Source: Eledone cirrhosa (taxonomy: Eukaryota). From it: a stretch of 64,000 nt of DNA. The position numbers and the translations under genes are program-made. The notes beneath the pieces are model-generated. The model was given only the letters and a program-made list of their open reading frames with translations, was not told where the DNA came from and made no database searches. Positions 51,689 to 64,000 of this stretch are shown here, piece by piece. Where the stretch lies: assembly GCA_964016885.1 (NCBI GenBank), contig OZ024744.1, forward strand, positions 99,510,001 to 99,574,000, given 5' to 3'. How positions within the stretch are numbered: position 1 is the stretch's first letter; every line of letters starts with the position of its first letter.

Positions 51689-53437
51689 AAGTTTGTAGAC
51701 ATGTATACAGATATGTTTATGCTCTCAGAAGTATTACTAATATAATATAATTACGGATATGTTATTGTAATTTGCAATTGTTATCTGAGATCTCCCCCCC
51801 CCTTCTTTTTTTTTTCTTTTTTTTTTTTTTTTTTGTTCCTTTTTTGTGAAGGTTTTAGGAACTATATGGTGTGACTATATTGCTGCATGTGTCTTTCCAT
51901 TATTTCTCTCATCATTTTGTTTTCTCACACTTGTATGCATTACTTGCATGTATGCCTGCAGTCCTTCTCCTTGCTCTCCAGATACCTATCCTCTCCTATT
52001 ACCTTACATTTCTCTGACACAACCATGCTATGCCCACTCACAACATAGTAAAAGGAAGCCACTACTGCTGGCTTTTAATGTATTTAATTATAGTTTGTGA
52101 AAATTTGTATAAATAAAATTGTAAAAAAAATGAATAAAATACACAAAATAAAATAAAATAAATAATTTATGTATAAAATAAAATCAACTTCAAAAATGGT
52201 GTATTAGTTATAATATCACCATTTAAAAAAAATTACATTAAATATTTCATTTGGTTAGTATATGATCTATCACAGCAATTTGTAAACACTGCTGGTGTAT
52301 GTGGTTGAAATGGGGTTATTTTTCCATATTAGTCATATAACTGAAATTATTTTAGCCAATTCTTTTCCGATAGCTTAAGAAATAACTTAGACATCTCTTG
52401 GCTCATGTATTTAAATCAATGATAAATGTACTGTCATAAACCTGGACACTAACATTATTTATTTCCACATAAATATTGTTTTATAGTGCTGCTATTGCCA
52501 TTATATTCTTTTCAAAATTAATTTACCCTACATGTAAATAGTTTCTGTAAAGTCAATACAATTTTTTTTTTGTTTTTTTTTTCCTTCATTCCCCACCCCA
52601 CCTTTTATTTTTGTCATTACCTGTTTTTTTGGCAGTTGCAATTATACTTCAGTGTAACTAGTTATTTCCACAGGTGTGGCTCGACATACTTGTTCATGAT
52701 GTACAACACAATCTTAACTCTAGTACTCTCTTACTTTGATGAAATAAGAGATGAATTATTATAATTATTATTATTATTATTATTCAAAGATAATTTCTAT
52801 TTAAATTAGAAAGTGTATGGTGGATTTCCTAGCAGCTTCCATACCTCTTAATTTAATAAAATTGTGGATAAAAATTAAAAACGTAAAAAATCCTGAGCTA
52901 TTAAGATATACATTATAGGCTGTTTGAAAATAAAATTTTGAATGAAATCTCTCTTCAATTATTTTTTATTTGTTTAAATAAATTGTTTCAAATTCCTAAC
53001 TGTAGCTTGTGTCAATGCTTCATGATACAATCTGAATCTAAAAAAAAAAATACAATAAAAAAAAAAAAAAAAGAAAGAAAAACCACCAATGATTTCCCTT
53101 CCCTCTGTATATGTGTATGTGAATGTTTGCATGTAAGGAACTTTTGGTATTTGGTTTGTGTTTTTTGTTCAGTCTACTTCACACAAACCAATTTACCTAT
53201 CTTGTTATGAAAGAAAAGTACACTCTCTTAGGAGCCTTGGATTATTTATTTGTAATTTATCAATTAACTTCTGTTAACTATCTTCTCTAACTTCCTTCTT
53301 TTTAATGTTTACTCTGTAAGCTGCTGAAATGGGAACCAGATCTACTCAGTACACCAGTTAATGGTGTGAGATGTGTACAGCTCTCAGCCGAAATCTGGTG
53401 CAGATTAAATTCATCAAGCAATTCATTACCTTTATGA

Positions 53438-53468
<31 letters not shown>

Positions 53469-54076
53469 TGGAGAAAAACAAATGGGCTCTGTATCTTTTT
53501 ATATAAAAGATAATCAGTTTCCAGATCTATTTAGCTCTTATAGATTACTGATGAGAGAGAGAGAGAAAGAGAGAGAGAGCAATAACCATCTTACGAGTAC
53601 TTAATAAGTCAACACTGCTTGAGGAGATAGTGAGAAAGGCCACTCAGCCAAGATGGTTGCTTAATATCTAATACAGCAGGAAAGTTAGATTCATACTTCC
53701 TCTTAATTTATTTCATCTTTCTCTGTTCCTTTTTATTATAACAGAGCCTTTCTTTGTTTGTTTCCTTCTTTCCAAAAGAAAGTAATAATTTATCTTTTAT
53801 CGTTTTGGCTGGTGCCCAGAAATCTCACAACAGATATTACACAAATCTCTCCCTCCAAAATAAGCAGCAAAATCAATTTGAAACCTCTTACCTGATTTTC
53901 ATTTTATCTTTTTATTATTCATCTGTATTTCACTTCTGGTTTGTTTTTTGTTTTTTTTTCAATTCTCAACAAAATAAAACTTGAACTCAAATATGCCGCT
54001 GTAACAAATATTCAAGTCTTGTTTTGCACGAGAAAATTTACCAGAAAATAAAACTAAAAAAAATCCTTTGTTTATA

Positions 54077-54107
<31 letters not shown>

Positions 54108-54580
54108 TTTTCCTTGTTGTTCTCCAACTTTTCCCTGGGATTAGGGATTGTTGGCTGTCACTAATTTTGAGATGGGTCTTTTAAATAACTTCATTCCAAA
54201 TCAATAGTCCTCTGTTTATTTGAAAGATTCCATGAATATTGTTATCTATTTAATAGCATTAAATTTATTTTTTTTTATTTTTTATTTATCCTAATGTTCA
54301 ATTATGCAATTATGAGCTTATTTTCCCCTTCCTTCAATCTTATTTACTTTGTTTGTTTGTTTGTTTGGGCCTTATACAGTGTATGATGGATGTTGTCTGT
54401 ATTCATTTAGAGGTCCCTTGGAGAATAGTGTAAAATTGGGAGAGTTGTTTTAAAGTTTAAAGTTACACTAATGAATGGGAAGCCCATCACTGAAATTGAT
54501 TGTTGTCCTGACCCTTTTTCTACTGCCTTTATATTGGCAAAATTAGATTATTCGAACACACATGTCTACATATGTGTATG

Positions 54581-54615
<35 letters not shown>

Positions 54616-55115
54616 TATACATATGTGTATGTAATATATATATATATATATATAAAGAAACATTTAGATATTCTTAGTAAATTAATGGTGTAATATACCA
54701 ATTGTGTGTGTGTGTACATATGTATGTGGTAATTATTATTACTGATAAGGACAATGGCAGTCCTGCTACTGTATTTTTAAATACATTTGTCGAGTGAGTT
54801 TGACCAAATATGGACAATATAGCCTGTCTCCTTAATAGCCAGACGAACACACTCATTACACTCACTGATACACACATTCTCTCATACAACTCAATGCAGA
54901 TGGACACGTCCCTTGCTTGAAAAAGTTTGACTTTTATGGGGTTTTCTTTTTTCATTTTAGTTGTTTTTAAGTTATTTAAAAAATATTTTCCCTTCCAACT
55001 ATTTCAGTGGGGGCACCCCTGTTATGATGCACAAGTTAACTTGTTATTTTAGACTTATGACTTGTAGTTGTTCATGAATAAAAAGAAATGTAATAAAAGT
55101 TTGTGTTCGTTTATT
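51356..55115 (+). other. Putative long 3' UTR of synaptobrevin
   Basis: U-rich and free of recognisable SINE/MITE/LINE copies, unlike the flanking introns and downstream DNA; bounded by poly(A) signals. Confidence 0.6.
55077..55115 (+). terminator. Distal polyadenylation signal (tandem AATAAA plus GU/U-rich downstream element)
   Basis: AATAAA at 55077 and 55092 followed by TTTGTGTTCGTTTATTT. A proximal AATAAA cluster lies at ~52112-52165. Confidence 0.55.
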
Positions 55116-55361
55116 TAATTATTTTTGCTTCGCTCTAATATAAATGTTGTAGAATTTTATACATATATTTATCTATTTAAGTAAACATTACTTTCAAATT
55201 AATTTATCTAAATTGCTTTCAAACTATGATTTGCCCATATCTACCTATTTAGTACTGTTAAATTGACATTTCTAAATTTTTCTGATAGATTTTCTAAATT
55301 AATTACAATAAGATGTAAGTTCTATTAGAAGCTTGTGTATCATTCCATTTATGAAAAATGT

Positions 55362-55393
<32 letters not shown>

Positions 55394-56112
55394 CATATAT
55401 ATAGTTAGAAATATTGACTCTCTCTCTCTCTCTCTCTCTATAAAATTAGAGTTTTTTTTTTAAAAAAAGCCTGCATGGCTAAGTCTTTAGAATATGTATT
55501 CAAAAATAGAGAGGGGGGGGGGGGGGACAAAGACAATGGAAAAAGTTCTAATTCCTCAGTAAACCTCTAGAAATCACAATTTTGGTGAATTAAGGTCGGT
55601 ACTATTCTTTCCAGTGCACATTAGGGTGTAACAAAACATGTAGAGACAAAGACAGGACAAGTTATCCCTTTTGGCAAAAAAAAAAAAAAATCCCCAGTGC
55701 GTCAACTGACAAAGGGAGAAAACGGTGTGCAAGGGCTTAGCCAAAAGAGAAAAATATAGAAAGGCGAGGAATAGTAACACAGAAGAGAATAATATGGACT
55801 ACAGTCCAAATAAGAATGACACTGAAGCAGGCATATGAAAGGTAAGAAGGGGAACAGGCAGACAGGCCGAGTGGTCTGAGATCTATTATATCATTTTTTT
55901 AAAAAGCCCATCCTGCTTTGACAATCATCTTTAATAAACAATTTTCATGACACATATACTGTTGAATAATATTTTGATAAGCAAATAGGCAGCATTAGCT
56001 TAGACTGCAGTTTTTTTTTTTTTTTATTCATTTGTTATGTCAAGTGTAATTATCATTTTAACATCTGTTAGAAAAGGTTGTAATGTTGAATTGAATAGAA
56101 ATATAAAAGTTA

Positions 56113-56356
56113 TTAACCTCTTCAGTGCCGTAGATGAGATAACTTGTCCTAACATGCATACATTCCACTGCCACAGGCGAGATAACTCGTCCTAACATGT
56201 TTGAACTCTTTTCCAACAGTTCACAACTTCAAAGTTAGATGGAGTTACTAGTTGATGTGACATTTGTCAATCAAAATAGTCATTTTACTGAGGAGAAAAA
56301 AAACGTGGCACAGCAACTGAAGCTGTGTGAAATATATGTGGCAATCAACAGGTTAA
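56113..56356. mobile_element. TTAA-flanked piggyBac-type MITE, family 3
   Basis: TTAA-CCTCTTCAGTGCC ... GGCAATCAACAGG-TTAA, with the subterminal direct repeat GAGATAACT(T/C)GTCCTAACATG twice. Confidence 0.65.
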
Positions 56357-56880
56357 ACTTAAATTCTTACTGGTTCCAGCTAATAGTAAATCACTAAGAT
56401 TCAGGCGATATATCTACATAGTGCAAATTATTTCAAATTGTCCTGACTACTAGCTTAACGCTTTAGTATTTGCATTACTTTATATTTACTATTGTATTTT
56501 CACGGTAAAGGCTTTATCTTACATAATTATCTCGCGTAATATCGAATCTACGAGATTTTGAAAACAATACCTTAATGTAGGTATGCATGGCCAGTTACAG
56601 CCAGTTTAAACAGAAAGAGGTGAGATAGTTTTGGCCGGATATGGCTGGTTTAAATGCTAAAGGGTTAAGTATACATTTAGAAGAATGAAAAGTGAAAAAA
56701 AAGCATCACTGAAAACGAGAAAAAGTCTATTGTTAACCTTTTAGTATTTAAACCAACCAGAATTCTCTCACTTCTTTCTGTTCACACCAGTCGTAACTGG
56801 CCGCTCATGTTGATGTTAAGGTATTGTTCTCATAGATTCAATATGTGAGATGAACTGTTTGCCGTGAAAATACAATAGTA

Positions 56881-57223
56881 TGGAGGCACATGGCTTAGTG
56901 GTTAGAGCATTGGCCTTGCAATCGAAAGGTTGTGAGTTCAATTCTCAAACTGGGTGATGTGTTGTTTCCTTGAGCGAGAAACTTTATTTCACATTGCTCC
57001 AGTTTACTCAGCTGTAGAAATGAGATGATAGGGACTGGGGTCCCTATCATTCCACTGCAAAATGGTCGTGGAGGTGCCACGGCAAAAAAGCACCCAGCAC
57101 TCACTGTAAATGAGGTTGGTGTTAGGAAGGGCATCCAGCTGTAGAAATCAAGCTAGAATCAGTTCCCGTCCCACCCTTGCAAGCAGGGAAAAAGCGGACG
57201 TAAAATGAAATGATGATGAATGA
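56881..57223 (+). mobile_element. tRNA-derived SINE inserted in a family-1 MITE
   Basis: A box TGGCTTAGTGG, B box GAGTTCAATTC, tail GGACGTAAAATGAAATGATGATGAATGA. The MITE sequence resumes at ~57225. Confidence 0.9.
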
Positions 57224-57723
57224 TATATAGAGTAATTTGAATGCTAAAGTGTTAAACTGTGGATTGTTTCATAACTGTTATGGGAGATCTGCAGATCTTT
57301 GAAGCTATAGATATTTTAATATTTCACAATCTGAAACACGAAGGCAAGAAAATAAATGTAGAGAATTCCAAGAGATAATGCAGTACTTAGTGGGGATACT
57401 ATAAACATTTGAATTAACAAACCACAGGAAACTTCATTAGCAAGACATTCTTGAAAAGCACTTTTAAAAATTAAAATCTTTACTCTAATACTACAAATTT
57501 TCACAATTTCAAGGGTACTATAAACATTTGAATTAACAAACCACAAACTGACACTATGACTGCAATCATCATCACTGTTTAACGCCTATTTTTCCACGCT
57601 AACAAGGGTTAGACAAGTTATCCTGTTGTGAGCAATGCTAGATCAGGTGACCATGTCTTGTTCATACAGAACTGATTTTGGCTTAATTTCTACAGTTGGA
57701 TGCCCTTCCTAGCGCCAACCTCA

Positions 57724-59345
57724 TTTACAGTGAGTACTGGGTGCTTTTTGTCGTAATGCCTACACTTTACAGTGTAGACTGGATGCTTTTTGTCATGACA
57801 CCTAAATGACCACTTTACAGTGTAGACTGGATGCTTTTTGTCATGACACCTACGTGACCACTTTACAGCATAGACTGGATACTTTTTGTCATGACACCTA
57901 AATGACCACTTTACAGTGAGTACTGGGTGCTTTTTGTCATGACACCTAAATGACCACTTTACAGTGTGGACTGGGTGCTTTTTGTCATGACACCTACGTG
58001 ATCACTTTACAGCGTAGACTGGATGCTTTTTGTCATGACCACTTTACAGTATGGACTGGGTCCTTTTTGTCGTGACACCTACATGACCACTTTACAGTAT
58101 GGACTGGGTCCTTTTTGTCGTGACACCTACATGACCACTTTACAGTATGGACTGGGTCCTTTTTGTCGTGACACCTACATGACCACTTTACAGTATGGAC
58201 TGGGTCCTTTTTGTCGTGACACCTACATGACCACTTTACAGTATGGACTGGGTCCTTTTTGTCGTGACACCTACATGACCACTTTACAGTGTGGACTGGG
58301 TCCTTTTTGTCGTGACACCTACATGACCACTTTACAGTGTGGACTGGGTGCTTTTTGTCATGACACCTACGTGATCACTTTACAGCGTAGACTGGATGCT
58401 TTTTGTCATGACCACTTTACAGTATGGACTGGGTCCTTTTTGTCGTGACACCTACATGACCACTTTACAGTATGGACTGGGTCCTTTTTGTCGTGACACC
58501 TACATGACCACTTTACAGTATGGACTGGGTCCTTTTTGTCGTGACACCTACATGACCACTTTACAGTATGGACTGGGTCCTTTTTGTCGTGACACCTACA
58601 TGACCACTTTACAGTATGGACTGGGTCCTTTTTGTCGTGACACCTACATGACCACTTTACAGTATGGACTGGGTCCTTTTTGTCGTGACACCTACATGAC
58701 AACTTTACAGTGTGGACTGGGTCCTTTTTGTCATGACACCTACATGACCACTTTACAGTGTGGACTGGGTGCTTTTTGTCATGACACCTACGTGATCACT
58801 TTACAGCGTAGACTGGATGCTTTTTGTCATGACCACTTTACAGTATGGACTGGGTCCTTTTTGTCGTGACACCTACATGACCACTTTACAGTATGGACTG
58901 GGTCCTTTTTGTCGTGACACCTACATGACCACTTTACAGTATGGACTGGGTCCTTTTTGTCGTGACACCTACATGACCACTTCACAGTATGGACTGGGTC
59001 CTTTTTGTCGTGACACCTACATGACAACTTTACAGTGTGGACTGGGTCCTTTTTGTCGTGACACCTACATGACAACTTTACAGTATGAACTGGGTCCTTT
59101 TTGTCGTGACACCTACATGACCACTTTACAGTATGGACTGGGTCCTTTTTGTCGTGACACCTACATGACAACTTTACAGTGTGGACTGGGTCCTTTTTGT
59201 CGTGACACCTACATGACAACTTTACAGTATGGACTGGGTCCTTTTTGTCGTGACACCTACATGACCACTTTACAGTATGGACTGGGTCCTTTTTGTCGTG
59301 ACACCTACATGACAACTTTACAGTGTGGACTGGGTGCTTTTTGCC
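57724..59345. repeat. 48-bp minisatellite with higher-order structure, expanded inside a SINE
   Basis: Unit ATGACCACTTTACAGTATGGACTGGGTCCTTTTTGTCGTGACACCTAC, more than 30 copies. A SINE tail on the minus strand precedes it at ~57567-57725. Confidence 0.96.
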
Positions 59346-59460
59346 ATCACATTAGAAATTAGTCTTTATTCTAATACTGCAAATTTTCTCAACATTCTGT
59401 TTACTAGTTAAAATACTATAAACATTTGAATCAACAAACCTGGTTTTAGACATTCTCTAT

Positions 59461-59674
59461 TGAATCGTTACAGATTGTTAACAATCATTTTATATGAAAT
59501 CATTACAGATTGTTAACAATCATTTTATATGAAATCATTACAGATTGTTAACAATCATTTTATATGAAATCATTACAGATTGTTAACAATCATTTTATAT
59601 GAAATCATTACAGATTGTTAACAATCATTTTATATGAAATCATTACAGATTGTTAACAATCATTTTATATGAAA
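59461..59674. repeat. 35-bp tandem repeat, about 6 copies
   Basis: GAAATCATTACAGATTGTTAACAATCATTTTATAT at 59496, 59531, 59566, 59601 and 59636. Confidence 0.95.
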
Positions 59675-60689
59675 GTCGAGTGATGTCATTAACATGGTGT
59701 CTAAGAATTATCTACAGCTTAGAAATTTAGAAACTATGAATTTTTGTGGGTATATTGCTCTCTGACTTCAAAACCTGCTAAGTTAACTTTGCCGTTCATC
59801 CTTTCAAGGTTGATAAAAAAAACTACCAGTCCTGTATTAGAGTTGGTTCTCTCTCTCTCTGTCTTTCGTTGGAAGAAATTGGATGTGTTCAGACCACCTA
59901 GAGAGGAGATGGGCTCTATGAGGTTTAATTCCGGCCAGAATTCTCTCACCTCTTTCTGTTCAAACCGGCCATAACCGGTTGCTCATATTGATGTTAAGGT
60001 ATTGTTCTCAAAATAAATAATATCAAAATGATAATACAATAGTAAATATAGAGTAATGTAAATGCTACAGCGTTAAAATATCCAAAACATGTATGTCACT
60101 ACAGTACCCCGCTCCGCTACAACAACACCTGGAATTAAGGGTCCATACATATAAAGCCACAGCAATTTGAATTTTTCCCCCCTAACTCCTCAGTTCTTAC
60201 ATGTGGTTAATCTCCTTAGCATTTACACTACTCTATATATACTATTGTATTTTTACAGTAAAGGCTTTACCTCACATAATATGGAATCTAACATTTTTAT
60301 GTTATTTATTTTAAGAACAATGCCTTAACATCAATATGAGTGGCCAGTTACAGTCGATTTGAACGGAAAAAGGTGAGAGGATTCTGGCCGGTTTAAATGA
60401 TAAAGAGTTATACAATCTTTTTTTGAGGTGTGAGGGGGAGCAATCTCTTGTTTCTTTTTGTATTTCTCTGGTCTATTTTTACTCAAGATATACTTTTATT
60501 ACAATGAACACTAATTAGGTAATCCAATGACTTTGTTATCATTTAATGTTTGTTCTCCCATCTAGTGATGGTTGCATAGATTGTCATTGACTTTAATTAC
60601 TCTATATTTACTTTTTTTATTTTCATGGTAATGGCTTTATCTCACTTAATATTGAAACTATGAGATTTTGATATTATTTATTTTGAGAA

Positions 60690-60873
60690 GGGCGGTGAAT
60701 TGGCAGTATCGGTAGAGGGTAGGATATGCTTTCCAGCATAGTTACGTCCCTTTACGATCTGAGTTCAATTCCCGCCGAGGTTTACTTTGCCTTTCATCCT
60801 TACGGGGTCGATAAAATAAAAGTACCAGTAATGTACTGGGATAATTGCTGGCCTTGTGCCAAAAGTAGAAACA
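60690..60873 (+). mobile_element. Short tRNA-derived SINE (second family) with target-site duplication, inserted in a family-1 MITE
   Basis: GGCGGTGAATTGGCAG ... GAGTTCAATTCC; flanked by ATTATTTATTTTGAGAA at 60673-60689 and 60874-60890. Partial copies at ~1020-1115 (-) and ~43213-43335 (+). Confidence 0.9.
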
Positions 60874-61084
60874 ATTATTTATTTTGAGAACAATATTTAA
60901 GATAAGTATGAGTAGCTGGTTACAGCTGTTTGAACAGAAAGAGGTGAGAGACTTCTAGCTGGAAAGAGGCGGTTTAAATGTTAAAGAGTTAACATAAGTA
61001 TGAGCAGCTGGTTTGAGTAGAAAGAGGTGAGAGAATTCTGACCGGATATGGTTGGTTTAAATGCTAAAGGGTTAAAAAACTTCT

Positions 61085-61860
61085 TTAGTTCTTTTGCACC
61101 CTATGAAGTTTATGCAATGAGAGGTTTCCATTCTACACAGTCATAAGTATTGTCATGGGCCTGCTTCCAAGACAAACCCATATCTGCCAGGTTTTCTTCC
61201 AAAGAACTCAACTAAGTTTTCTTTGCCACATATACCTTGCTCTTTCCGCACCACCTTTCTAGATTTCATTTCAGGGAGGCTCTCACTAGTTATGACTAAC
61301 ATATAGCCAAGCATCGTACAGTGATGGTATTCTGCAGTCTACTCAGCTCAGTCCTTTCCATGACCTCTACATTTGTGATGTAAACATGCTAAGAAATCCT
61401 AAATATGGTCCTATGGCAATGTCTATGGAAGACATCTGCAAGTCTGTAGATTCTGCAGGTCTTTTTCTACATCTTGAAAGTCAATGTTGCTGTTGGCAGA
61501 ATTGGCATCTACAGGTGCAGCTTTTGCCTTGGCTAATGGGACAGTTGGCCCAGTCTCTTTTCCACATCAATTCTTGAGCTGCCATTTTTAGGGAGAACAT
61601 TGCCCAGGTGTCAATAGTCTCCAAAGTCTAAAAAATATTTCTTCTTCTTGGGAGGGTCATGGAGGCAGAGTCCTCAAATACTCCTTCCAGAAGATCCCAT
61701 CAGAAGCAACCATCTAATTTGGTTAGATCTCCAAGACCAACCAAGCTCATGGATGTTGTCCAACCATCTGGCTCTGGGTCTCCTGCTGGCTGGGTTTGCC
61801 TATAAAATCTGTCCAGTGATTCTTTCCTGAGACATTCTAACCACATGTCCATAGTATGAG
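61085..61860 (-). mobile_element. LINE (RTE-like) 3' remnants
   Basis: Minus strand YGHVVRMSQERITGQIL...RWLDNIHEL is homologous to 50180-50330. A second decayed 3' end lies at ~61085-61400. Confidence 0.7.
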
Positions 61861-62535
61861 CTGTGATCTCTCAATTCAGAGAAGTAGCGGCTCTACCTGG
61901 AGTGACTCACTGATCACCGTGTTACAAATCTGTCCAGTGATTCTTTCCTGAGACATTCTAACCACATGTCCATAGTATCAGAGCTGTGATCTCTCAATTC
62001 AGAGAAGTAGCGGCTCTACCTGGAGTGACTCACTGATCACCGTGTTACAAATCTGTCCAGTGATTCTTTCCTGAGACATTCTAATCACATGTCCATAGTA
62101 TCAGAGCTGTGATCTCTCAATTTGAAGAAGTAGCAGCTCTACCTGGAGTGACTCACTGATCACCGCGTTACAAATCTGTCCAGTGATTCTTTCCTGAGAC
62201 ATTCTAATCACATGTCCATAAGTATCGGAGCTGTGATCTCTCAATTTGAAGAAGTAGCAGCTCTACCTGGAGTGACTCACTGATCACCGTGTTACAAATC
62301 TGTCCAGTGATTCTTTCCTGAGACATTCTAACCACATGTCCATAGTATCAGAGCTGTGATCTCTCAATTCAGAGAAGTAGCGGCTCTACCTGGAGTGACT
62401 CACTGATCACCATGTTACAAATCTGTCCAGTGATTCTTTCCTGAGACGTTCTAACCACATGTCCATAAGTATCGGAGCTGTGATCTCTCAATTTGGAAAA
62501 GTAACAGCTCTACCTGGAGTGACTCTCTGATTTCT
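61805..62535. repeat. ~123-bp tandem repeat, about 6 copies, derived from LINE coding sequence
   Basis: AAATCTGTCCAGTGATTCTTTCCTGAGAC recurs at about 61805, 61926, 62049, 62172, 62296 and 62419. Confidence 0.95.
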
Positions 62536-62584
62536 GAGCTACGCACTCTATCTAGTGTGGTTTCATGTACAATTCCATTGTGAG

Positions 62585-63170
62585 TGCAGCATGGCTGAAT
62601 GGTTTAAGAAGTTTTCTTCTCAATCATTAAGTCTCAGGTTCAATTCCACTATGTGACATCTTAGACAAGTGTTATTTACCATAGCTTCAGGTTGACCCAA
62701 GTCTTGTCATTGAAATTGAGTAGACAGAAACTGTTTGGAAGCCTTTTGAATGGACCGTGTCTGTAATTCAAAACTCCATCATTGTCACATACCGTTTCAT
62801 GCTGAATCTCCCTGAGAAATACATGTCTATGGAATACTCAGCCACTTACACTATAATACAACATAGACTGTACCTGTAATTCAACAGGGTCAGGTTTGTT
62901 ACACATTGTCTAACACTGAATCTCCCTGAGAACTATGTTAAGGGTACACTGTGTCTGTGGAATACTCAGCCATGTATGTTAAAATATAATATAGACTATA
63001 CCCGTAATTCAACAGGGTCAAACTTGTTACACAATATGTTATGCTGAATCTCCCTGAGAATTAAGGGTACACTGTGTCTGTGGAATACTCAGCCATGTAT
63101 GCTACAATACAACAATGGATGGTACCTGTAATTCAACAGGGTCAGCTGTGTTACACAATATGTCATACTG
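62585..63170 (+). mobile_element. tRNA-derived SINE whose 3' ~110-130 bp is tandemly repeated 3-4 times
   Basis: TGGCTGAATGG and GGTTCAATTCC boxes; repeated CTGTAATTCAA...TGAATCTCCCTGAGAA...TGGAATACTCAGCC. Confidence 0.75.
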
Positions 63171-63439
63171 GAGAGCAGTAGAACAAAGGGAACATTTGTA
63201 CTAATTCACATATCCCACTTATTGTTATATGTCTTAACTAGCTGAAAGACTGACATTGCTGTATTTATTCAGATCAGTTAAACAATAAATATGAAGATAT
63301 ATTTTTTTTATCATAATTATTTCAAAATATCTATATTTTATAAAACAAAATATCAAAATTGTAATCATAATAGAATTTAGAAATGAAAATCTGTCAATGT
63401 TGAAGCACCTCAGGGTAAACAATATTCATTGTGTAATTT

Positions 63440-63690
63440 TTTGTTGGTGTGCAAATGAATAAATTGTTGCTGCTTCCAACATGTGAGTAACCAACATAGA
63501 GTTAACTGTGGGAGAAACATGTAGTAGAGAGATCAAGTCCAACTACCTTGAGGGATTGACCCTGAGATTTGTTAATTGAAATAACAAAACTTAGTTTGAC
63601 TGGAAACTGAAGCCTCTTAAATTCAAATGGAACATCTGTAGGTTTGAGAGGAATTTTTAGGATAAAGACATTTTTTTTCAATATTGTAAA
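63440..63690 (-). mobile_element. Helitron Pif1-family helicase C-terminal fragment (pseudogenised)
   Basis: IPLKPTDVPFEFKRLQFPVKLSFVISINKSQGQSLKVVGLDLSTTCFSHS*LYVGYSHVGS matches Pif1/Helitron motifs V-VI (RxQFP, TINKSQGQS, FSHGQLYVA.SRV), with an in-frame stop. Confidence 0.9.
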
Positions 63691-64000
63691 CAAATAAGTC
63701 TCAACATCCAAAAGAAATATATATTAATCTCTATTTTTGTATGCAGTGTAAATTAACCAAATATAAGCAAATGTTTTAATTGTTAATTTAACCATATGAG
63801 TATGTAAATATAAACGAACAGACACACGTATATTCACACAAACATACACTTATAAAAAACACACAGAGACATACATTCATACAAACACACAGAGTTTCAC
63901 CCGCAGATTTCATTATGTCAGTCGGCACAGTAATGTGTGTATACTCACACACATATGCTTGTCAGTCAACACATGTGTAGATGTGTGTGTGTGTGTTTTT

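Noticed and set aside
56881-56960. tRNA-like sequence
   Set aside because: A/B boxes are present but there is no complete cloverleaf, and it continues into a SINE body found in several copies.
58023-59362. ORFs with 16-aa repeats (MTTLQYGLGPFCRDTY / SCRCHDKKDPVHTVKW) and a CRISPR-like look
   Set aside because: 48-bp tandem units derived from a SINE. No unique spacers, no cas genes, eukaryotic context, and 37-bp units break the frame.
63502-63711. Host PIF1 helicase gene
   Set aside because: Only motifs V-VI are present, with an in-frame stop and degenerate residues, no other exons seen, and a TE-dense context; a Helitron relic fits better.

Overview
AT-rich, microsatellite- and transposon-dense animal DNA, most likely a coleoid cephalopod (octopus-like). 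The protein closely matches my recollection of squid synaptobrevin, and the repeat landscape fits. The window holds one host gene: a + strand synaptobrevin/VAMP (R-SNARE) of about 52 kb (~3.4-55.1 kb), which the ORF track catches only in fragments. Reconstructed by hand: split start codon AT|G (3517-3518 + 28541), then exons 28541-28582, 29468-29573, 29826-29904 and 32580-32659. The main result is a modular C-terminus. There are two 52-nt, same-phase, paralogous transmembrane exons (33540-33591 MMIILGAIVAAIVTVII; 34359-34410 MIAILVTIVLVIIIIII) and three paralogous luminal-tail exons (40728 VWVAT*, 45810 VWVANKYG*, 51327 VWQVNDSSK*), plus a candidate 15-nt microexon. This suggests combinatorial, mutually exclusive splicing of the v-SNARE membrane anchor. 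Also found: a complete minimal type I hammerhead-ribozyme motif in intron 1 (14707-14770, sense), two long intronic hairpins and inverted MITE pairs around the alternative exons, and a G-quadruplex in a long transposon-free 3' UTR. Repeats include TTAA (piggyBac-type) MITEs, tRNA-derived SINEs, LINE and Helitron remnants, and satellites grown from transposon pieces. All splicing calls are predictions from sequence alone; no expression data were seen.
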